Position numbers and translations under genes: made by a program
Shown: one piece after another, positions 55,473 through 64,000 of the stretch
How positions within the stretch are numbered: the first letter of the stretch is position 1
How the letters are laid out: the number at the start of each line of letters is the position of its first letter
The notes under the pieces: model-generated
What the model was told of the DNA's origin: nothing
What the model saw: the letters and a program-made list of their open reading frames with translations, nothing else
Databases searched by the model: none
DNA from: the human T2T-CHM13v2.0 reference genome, Homo sapiens
Length of the DNA stretch: 64,000 bases
Assembly: GCF_009914755.1 (NCBI RefSeq)
Contig: NC_060932.1
Reading direction: 5' to 3' (one strand)

Positions 55473-55775
55473 TTTCTTTTTTTTTGAGACAGGGTCTCAC
55501 TCTGTCGCCCAGACTGGAGTGCGCAGTGGTGCAGTCTTGGCTCACTGCAACCTCAGCTTCCCAGGTTCAAGCAATTATTCTGCCTCAGCCTCCCAAGTAG
55601 CTGAGTTTATAGGCGCCCACCACCAAGCGCAGCTAACTTTCTTGTATTTTTTTTAGTAGAAACAGGGTTTCACCATATTGGCCAGGCTGTTTTCAATGTT
55701 TTTGAACTCCTGACCTCAAGTGATCCACCCACCTCGGCCTCCCTAGGATTATAGGCATGAGCCACCATGCCCAGC
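55473..55775 (-). mobile_element. AluS/J, with indels
   Basis: Antisense Alu; TSD gctcacagc(g/a)attt. Confidence 0.92.
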
Positions 55776-56572
55776 AAGCTCACAGCAATTTTTAATGCAA
55801 TATGATCAGACCTAATTTTGGCTTTTTGATTTCCTCCCTTAAACCTCAGGCAGGCACTTTTTCAAAAGAGAAATCAATCAGTCAATCAATCAGTCAATCA
55901 ACAGTGAGTGAATGAATGACTAAATTGTTTGTTTTTAGCATGGCATAAAATAATCCTTAATATTTTGACCTCAAGCAACCATTCTGACCATATCTTCTTC
56001 CATGCGCCTTTGACTGAGTACCCAGATACATGCAGAGTCAAGTTTTCTAGATCACAGCCTTGTCCTCTAATTCAGTGCCTTGGTATGAAATCTTTCTTCT
56101 TCTATGTCCTTTTTTTGCCAGATGAAATTTCAGTCTTTATTCAAGATCAAGTGCAACTGTCTCTTTGAGGAAAGTCCTTTGACCGCCATTTCTCCCCTTC
56201 AGAAGGCAAACACCTGGGGGAGAAGATCTGCTTAAGGACCTGGTAACTGACAAAGAATGGAATGGGAGCGAGAACCGCCTAGCCATCCCTTCTCCTTGCA
56301 CAGTCATGAAACAAAAGTTGAAAAGGAGCCTGGTTTTACTTGACCAGTCATAAATTACCATAAAATAAAATGAGATATTAGGAACCTTTGATCTCTGAAA
56401 AAGTAATATGTGTTGAAAAGAAATATCACTGTTACATATAGACAAATAATAGAAATATTTGAGGCATGCATTTAAAATGTAGAGGCCACTTATAGCAGGC
56501 ATATTAACATGTGCATTTGCTTTTTAAGAAGTATACACACGTGTACCTTTAGCTTTGAAAGGGTAAGATTCA

Positions 56573-56674
56573 ATGCTTGGGTGATGGATGCACTAAAGTC
56601 TCAGAAGCCACCACTAAAGGACTTACCCACGTAACCGAAAACAACCTGTACTCCAAAATCAATGAAATAAAATA
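56573..56674 (+). mobile_element. Very short L1PB-type 3' end (~100 bp)
   Basis: tgggtgatggatgcactaaagtctcagaa...aacctgtactccaaaa...aataaaa; 15-bp TSD aaa(g/a)ggtaagattca. Confidence 0.82.
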
Positions 56675-57357
56675 AAAAGGTAAGATTCATAAATAGCAAG
56701 TTGAGAATGCATGTTTATACCATGTAGACAATGCATGATAAATTGTTGGCAATAAGACCCATGTAGCTGACTTTGGGGATACAAAGTAGCTTCTGAAAGA
56801 GGTTCCTAATTAGCCCTGCCTGAGGTGACTGCTTAAGGTATTTATCTGTAGCTGGAATGCATTGCCTCAGAGACTTGAGGATTCAGGAGCTATGAGTTTC
56901 AAGGCCACAGATGCAGTGGAATAGTAAGGCTTCTTCCCCTGCCTGGCACATTGACCTAACTGATGAGAGGTGCCTTAGGGACCCAGCAGCTATGGCCATT
57001 TATGTCTAGTCCCTCACTCTAGAAAGGAATTGCTTGAATACCACGGTGCTGGAGTTTGTAGCCACAATGCTGAAGGTCAGGGCAGTCCTTCATGATGATG
57101 CATTTCTGTCAGCCATACTTGCACATCTCTTTAATGTCTGCAATGTCATTAAGCAGTGGTGTATCATTTTTTTTTAATGCAGAAACTAAACTGATACTCA
57201 AAACCTATGACAATTTGAATCCTTCCTGCCTATCCAACCTTAGTTTTTCTGCTCGATAATATAAATTCTCCCTTTCAGTCAGGTAGATAGTCTTCCTGTC
57301 TTCCTGTCATTCTTGGTTTCTCTTTGTTGCTCTTGTCTTCCCCACCTGCTGAAATGC

Positions 57358-57670
57358 TTTTCTTCTTTCTTTCTTTTTTTTTTTTCTGAGAAAAGACCTC
57401 ACTCTGTTGCCCATCCTGGAGTGCAGTGGCATAATGACAACTCAATGCAGTCTCAAGCTCCTGGGTCAAGTGATCATCCTTCCTCAGCCTACTGAGTAGC
57501 TGGGACTACAGGCATGTGCCACCACATCTGGCTAATTTCTTAATTTTTTTGTAGAGACTGGGTCTTGCTATGCTGCCCAAGCTGGTCTTGAACTCCTGGG
57601 CTCAAGTGATCTTCCCACTTCAGCCTCCAAAAGTGCAGGGATTACAGACATGAGCCACCCATGTACCTGG
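57358..57670 (-). mobile_element. AluJ
   Basis: T-rich tail then antisense AluJ (gaactcctgggctcaagtgatc). Confidence 0.92.
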
Positions 57671-57847
57671 TTTCTCTCTTCTTTTCTAACTAATCAAGTA
57701 CTTTAAGTCACAACTCAGGGTGACAACCTCCACCTCCATTGACTTCTCCAGAGCATTTCATTTCCTCTTATCCTTTCTCTGCACTTTGTTAGAACTTACA
57801 TTCTGATTTGTACTGTTGACCTTTGAGCCCTTAAGTTTATGCACCTT

Positions 57848-57926
57848 CTCTCTCTCTCTCTCTCGCTCACTCTCTCTCTCTCTGTCTCTGTGTCTCTCTC
57901 TGTTTCTGTCTCTCTCTTTTTCTCTG
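57848..57926. repeat. (CT)n/(CTGT)n compound microsatellite
   Basis: Seen directly. Confidence 0.95.
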
Positions 57927-58428
57927 TCAATTATTTTATTCTGGTATTTGGTACTTATGAGAAATCTTATTAGTATCCTAAACTCTCTCAAAACAGGAAA
58001 TGTGTATTTTCCTTCTCATCTAATTCTTAGGAAACTTCATATAGGAATAAAAAATATGTAGTAGTGGATTGTCTGGTAAATGAATAAAAGAGGGATTTGA
58101 GGTCAGTGGGCTGTTTCAGGACATGACCAAGGAATGTGGTACCAGGGCAGCAACAAGCTTGCTAAGGGGCGATAAAGTAGTCATTGTATATAACAGAGGA
58201 ATTTGGGCTCAATGCAGATTTGCCACTAACTCTTTGGCAGTATAGAATTCACTAGAGAAATATTAGTAGGTTAGTTAGTATTCCTAATAAAGAACTGCTA
58301 ATACCTTATAGAGACATAAGCCATGTTTCTCGTCTTTCGTTTCTGAAATGAAATTTTGGCCAGGGAAACATTTTGCATCCCTTTTTGATGTCTACAAATG
58401 TGGCATTTGTCAGATGTGAGATAGTTAA

Positions 58429-58459
<31 letters not shown>

Positions 58460-58495
58460 CTTTATATATGTATATATACATATCCTATGTGTGTG

Positions 58496-58530
<35 letters not shown>
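58429..58530. repeat. (GT)n-(AT)n compound microsatellite ending in (AT)16
   Basis: Seen directly. Confidence 0.95.
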
Positions 58531-58533
<3 letters not shown>

Positions 58534-58534
58534 T

Positions 58535-58564
58535 GATGCATGGAGAGATATCTCTCCATGCATC
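58535..58564. repeat. 30-bp perfect spacer-less palindrome
   Basis: gatgcatggagagat|atctctccatgcatc. Confidence 0.97.
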
Positions 58565-60989
58565 CAAAATATTCACAACTTTTCACTAATATCTGAATAA
58601 CATTTGAAAAATTGACAACTCTTCTGGCTAAAGATCAGCATACACATTCGTTCCACAGAGACTTGTGCCAAAATCTTGCTCAGCTCAAGGGGTACTGCAC
58701 AATAAACAATAAGAAACTTTTATAACTCCGACTAATAGAACTCATTGCTTTTCCAGTTTGAAGATAAAGGATGTCTGCTTGCTTTCCATGCCTAATTTTC
58801 CTGATGCTGTAAAGCTGTTCAGGAAAGTTCCCACTGCAGGAGTTTTGCTAGTAATCTTCAGCTCCGTGGGAAGCCTTTGGACTCTGTTGCTATCCCTGAA
58901 AGTGGCTGTTCTTCTCCATCAGTTTCCTGGGCAAGGGCTCGAACCAGCTATTAGTGTCTATTTGCACTGCATGAAAACAAAATTTAATGTAAAGACGCTT
59001 ATAGCTTGCCTACCCTAAAACCCCAGGAGTCTCATTCTGCCTGACCCTGGACATTTTTTGAACTGATAGAGGGATGGGTATCTGGTGGGTCTCTTCAGTC
59101 AGCTCATCTCAGCATGTTGAAAGTCCAAATGACCCTTGCCTGAGGATGGTGAAAGTAATTTGTATGTGTGTATACATAATCCTGCTTTTTCACTATTTCC
59201 AGTCACAGATTGCAGAGATAGTTGACTGTGCTTGTTAGTGTGAGTGTTAATAACTTTGCTATGCTGATTTTTAGACTTCCTATGCTATATGATCTCCCTG
59301 AAGAGCATGACAGAGCATTGCTTTGGAAAATCAATATTCGGCGTGATTATTCCTTCTTTCATGTGTAATCAAACTTTGAAGACCACCAATAGGCCAAATC
59401 TACAAGCATTAGGTTTCTAAACATATTGTTTAGTCAGGAGAAATTGTGTTTTCTAGCTGAGGTATGCCAGCTACTGGTATGGAGAAAATCTGCCTAGCAA
59501 ATTGGAAGGGGCCAGAAGCTCAAATGCTATTGAGAACCACTCAACAATTCTTTTTTCTTATACACAGGATTGAAGCACAGAGCAAAAGGAAAATCCAGCT
59601 TTGGGATTTGTTCCCTTGAACTTACAAATGATTCATTAGACCAATGACATTGTGAGAATTTGGTCTCTGACAAAGAAATAAATGTTTTAAAAATAGTGCT
59701 AATACATAGGTACAAATACAGAATTATGTCAGGCATGTATTTTTTTAAAGATAGAGTCCAGTGAAAAGAATACGTGTTAGAATATGGATTAGGTTTCTAA
59801 AGGTATACTTATGTCTGCCTTCGTCTTCAGAAAACAAAGTTGTATGTACACTTTAAGAAAGGTCTTAGTGTGGTAAACGTGAGGCAAACCAAAGTCCTGT
59901 TACTTCTTTTGTCATATCATTAAAGCCTCCAGACGGAGGTTTCTTCCCATTATGTGATGTGCAGAATTTCAGATGTCAGTCAGCAGCTGAAGTCAACTGT
60001 TGGTCCACCAGGCCTCTAAGCTGCAGCCTCTGTCAGCTTGGGGACAGTGGGATCCATGTGACTTGCCTGCTACTGCCCTTGATTGGGCAGATCACAGAGC
60101 AGATGGCCTGTGTCTAGAGTACAAGGTGTTAAGGCTTTTTTTTGGGGGGGGGAAGAAATAATTCACATGTGCTAATATTCCTGGATGTTTCACTGATAAT
60201 ATAATATAGAATGTATGAAAAAATCAAAGTCAATTAGAACCAGAAATCTCCTGATACTGGATGATTCTATACATAAATATCTTGCACTAACAGCAAGAAT
60301 AATAAAAGTTGTACAAAAAATGTCTGTTCTTCCCCAGACCATGAGCTCCATGGAGGCAGAGACCTTATTTGGTTGGTTTACTGCCCTTCCCCAATGTTTC
60401 TACCAAGCTGAACATGTATCCAGCTCTCAGTGCCCCATTGAGTTGAAATAAATTACAGTGACATAAACTATGTTCTTCATCAAATGCTGGACAAGCACGT
60501 TTCTCAGGCAACTTCTCTGGGATCAACATAAGAACAGGGTGATGAAATGTGAGAAGCAGTGAGGGCAAGGACTTGAGCCTGGTGCCTACCTAAAGTTTAC
60601 ACTCCACAAGTATTCCACCCAACACTTCAGATACCTTCTCTTCTTTCAAAGTCAACAGTTTATGCCCATTGAAAATAAATACACACACCCACTCATGCCC
60701 ATAGGCATGTGTGTGCTACCAGAAAATATGTACATGTTAGGCTCTTTGGAAGCAGTGGTAGTTTGGTGAGAATTGCTGCATTGGCTCATCAACACAGACC
60801 TGATCGCACTTTGATTTCATATCTTGCTATGCAGGGCTCCCATTATCTGCCTGCCATTTGTGTGCATTTATGTTTAGCGTCAATTTCTCCTCCCATGAGG
60901 CTATAATCTGCCTTGTAAGGAGCTAAAATGGGAAAAGCAGTTAGAATGATGAGTCCAGTTGGAGCCTGCTGGGGAACAAGACAGTCATC

Positions 60990-61075
60990 ACAGGCCAATC
61001 GGCAGTGGAGACAGGGTGGCCCTTATCACACAGAGGCATCTGGAGACTGAGAGAGACAAAGCAACACAGCTGCAA
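60990..61075. promoter_or_regulatory. Candidate GATA/TAL1-type enhancer module
   Basis: CCAAT (~60996), GGGTGG KLF box (~61014), minus-strand CAGATG-N9-GATAA (61023-61042), CAGCTG E-box (~61067); motif evidence only. Confidence 0.4.
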
Positions 61076-62402
61076 GCCGACCATGATCTGCTGGAAGCTT
61101 CTTCAGTCATAAAGCAAAGGACAGTAATTCTGAATGACAATGTAGGAAAACAAAAAAGAAGAAGAAAGAAAGAAAATGGTTGAGCCCAGACGATCATTTT
61201 TAGTTACGGATGTCACAAATGGTGATTGCTGGTAGTGAAGTATCTGAATCTGAAGACCAGCTGTATATAGTATGTGTGTTTATGGAGGTGTGTGTGTGTG
61301 TGTGTATGTGTTGGAGAAGACCTGCATGCCTAGTTGTAGCACTAGCCAGAAATTCTTGTTTCATCGTCTAGAATGTGGCCAGAGGTTTGCCTAAATTCTC
61401 ATAAGTCCATTACTGTTCTTCTATAAATCAGGCTGCCTGTTTTGCATAATTCACCAGGTAATTCACCTATCACTAGGCAAGGCAGCTGCCATGGAGTGCA
61501 TGCAGGAATTCCCTTCATTGACTCAGGCTGGTACCATTCTCAGCATTTTTGCTGTTCATATATTTTTATTTTGGTCTCGGTTTTCCTTTATCTAAAAACG
61601 TCAAGCTGGGATGGATCCTTGGAGATGCTCGCTTAAACAAGTTCATTACACTTAAAATAGTTTTACAAGCACAAGTGAAAATAATGTAATAATTGCAGCA
61701 GATTCTTAGACCTCCACTGGATCCTGGGTTGCCTGTTTCCTTTACTCAGTTCTAGTTTCTAAGTTTATTGCTGGGTTTTGATGTATGTATGTGTGTGTTA
61801 ATTTTTTAATATAGAATATGAAGTTTGAGGGAAAACTATTGCCCTTATTCTTGTCGATTTGTTATTCGATCTTTTCTTTTCCTCTTTGTTGGTATGTGAG
61901 GAGTTGCAGAGCAAAGCTGCTGAGATCTTATATTTGACTGAGGTTTCACAAGCTCTGCGAGATATCCTAATCTTCAGAGTGACACCTGGTTTAGCCAACC
62001 ACGTGGAAAAAACTAAGGGTTTAGATATAACCACATTCAACCACAGCCTTTACCTTCTCCCCTGTGCTTTGCTGTATCTAATGACGGCCCAGAAAGGTGC
62101 AAAGAGAGACTTTTCAGAAAAAGCATAAAAACAATCAAGAAGGAAAAAATTGCTTGGTTGTTTTCTGAGATACCTGAACCAGAAGCAATTGAGTATTTAG
62201 GTGTAACTTTCTATGACCTATTAGAATGAATGCCATTCTTATGGCTTAAATTTTTTTCAAGATGAAGAGGGCACTTATATAGACAAAGAATATATTTCCC
62301 ATAAAGATATATTAGCACAATTCTAATTAATCTTAAATCTAAGTTTTTGTTCCCCAAGTCCAATACTCAGTCTAGAACATATGCCCTTTTCTGTGATGCC
62401 TG

Positions 62403-62575
62403 CTGGCCACCATGTATGATCATGGTATATTGTGCATTGTACAAAGTGCCCAGCCAAGGGCTGAAATCAACTAGTGCTCTACTTATGAGGAATTAATCCA
62501 GGCATGGCGCTGTGTCTACCCCAGAGGATGTGCCTTTTCTAATTTTCGTAAAGTTACTGCAATGGGCCAGCCCTG
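62403..62575 (+). mobile_element. MER91-like hAT-Tip100 MITE
   Basis: ttgtgcattgtacaaagtgcccagcc...gggctgaaatc...gccttttctaatt...gccctg. Confidence 0.65.
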
Positions 62576-64000
62576 AAGATATACAGATAACAGAATCCTA
62601 TGACTTTTAGATGACATTAGCCATCATGAGAGCCTGCCTCTCTGTAAATGGTGTTAGGGTGTTTATTATCAGCAGCATTGGGAATACAGTTGTTTTGATG
62701 TGTTTTCTGATGCCCTGTTCTAAAATTCACTACTTCTCTGCAGGCTTTGGAAAGTGGGAGTGTAACCACTGGTCCTTTGGGTTCTTTGTGAAGTTGTGCT
62801 AACCATAAGATGCCGCATACTCTCCTAGTGACCACAGTTTTTATGGGAGGTGATGTACAGCAGCAAAAGTCTAATGTAAATCTCATGTTGGTTCTTCCAG
62901 AGCAGGGGCAGCTAGAGTCTAATAATTTCTTGGGAAGAGTTTCTGTACCTGGAAATTTTAGATGTATATCAAGGACATGTGAGCAAATGGGAAATCTAAT
63001 TGCCCAGTGCCTCTGGAGCAAAGTGTAGAGACAGAACCAGAATGTTTTTTACCGGCACATTTCTGTATTAAACTAAGGGAGGGAAGCTCTTTAACTATAT
63101 GGGAACTTTTTCTCATTGGTTCCTTTAAGTGTCTTAAAAAAACTGATGTCTTCCTAAGAGAACTTGTGAAAGGTGGTAAAATGTTTAATTGGAACTTAAG
63201 AATAACTTCCTACTGAATAGCTTTGTTGATTTCACTTTCCTGTGGGGAAAAGATAGACATTGACAAAACTGTTTCGATGAGAATTAATCATAGCTGTAGA
63301 TTTCAAGGTATGTTATGATACTAGGTTTCATCTCCTGGATCTTCCTCCTCTACATTAAAATGATTAGAATGATAAACTCAAGGCATATTAATGATCCCTA
63401 ATCAATGTAAAAAAATTATCATTTCTCTTCTTTATGCTGTATTTACTGTCAGAAATACAGACATACATATTAGGAAGATTTTTCTTGAAGGGAATTGGCA
63501 CAAAAGGGTTGAGACCTTTAATTAATCAAAAAATTGACCATTCCTTGAACCTTGATTGCTTGGTATCATTAACAAAGGACATGAGACAACATGTTCAAGC
63601 TTTATAATTTGCTGGAAATAATATTTTCTTTTTTTTTAAAAAAAGCAATTTTTTGTTGTAATTGTTAATCTTACTATATATTTGTCTCCTGAAAATGGTG
63701 TTATTTGCCACTCCTTCTACGTATTAATTGGTGTAAGCTCTTAAGTTATATAGGATAGTTTTAATTTCTCCAAAAAGCTGCCTAAGGAAAGTAAAACACC
63801 ATAAAGAAAAGGGTATGTACCCAAGAAGTAGCAAGAAACTAAAGAGAAGAGATTGAGATATTATCATGAGAATTTAATAAGAGAATTAAATATCTAGAAA
63901 AATGTGTACATACTTAGAAGTAGTAAACATTAATTTCCTTTCTTCCATCTATAGTTCACCTCTAGATCACTCTTTTCTTTCTTTAGATCATCAGTATCCA

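Noticed and set aside
55168-55656. Longest ORF (162 aa)
   Set aside because: Non-ATG start, C-terminal third is antisense Alu, no recognisable domain.
59408-59801. 14-bp direct repeat attaggtttctaaa about 380 bp apart
   Set aside because: Short and AT-rich, with no tail or element between the copies; cannot be distinguished from chance.
62617-63021. 134-aa minus-strand ORF
   Set aside because: Non-ATG start, no recognisable homology or supporting exon structure.

Overview
AT-rich, CpG-poor primate (very likely human) DNA with no recognisable intact protein-coding exon. It looks intergenic or deep-intronic, and much of it is interspersed repeats: Alu J/S/Y and monomers, L1PA/L1PB/L1M, L2, MIR, MaLR LTRs (THE1/MST/MLT1), ERVL LTRs, and Tigger and hAT DNA transposons, often nested. 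The only gene-derived sequence I can identify is a full-length processed pseudogene of FAM136A (about 9460-11478, 13-bp TSD). Its 3'UTR carries a 255-bp, internally deleted HERV-K(HML-2) LTR5 solo LTR whose deletion junction is a perfect fold-back hairpin. Other points of interest are a twin-primed (5'-inverted) L1PA, a 69-bp local duplication, a 30-bp perfect palindrome beside an (AT)n tract, and a canonical E-box-N9-GATA composite with KLF and CCAAT sites. I found no evidence of a new gene system. Repeat subfamily names come from recalled consensus sequences and need RepeatMasker/Dfam confirmation; boundaries of old elements are approximate.
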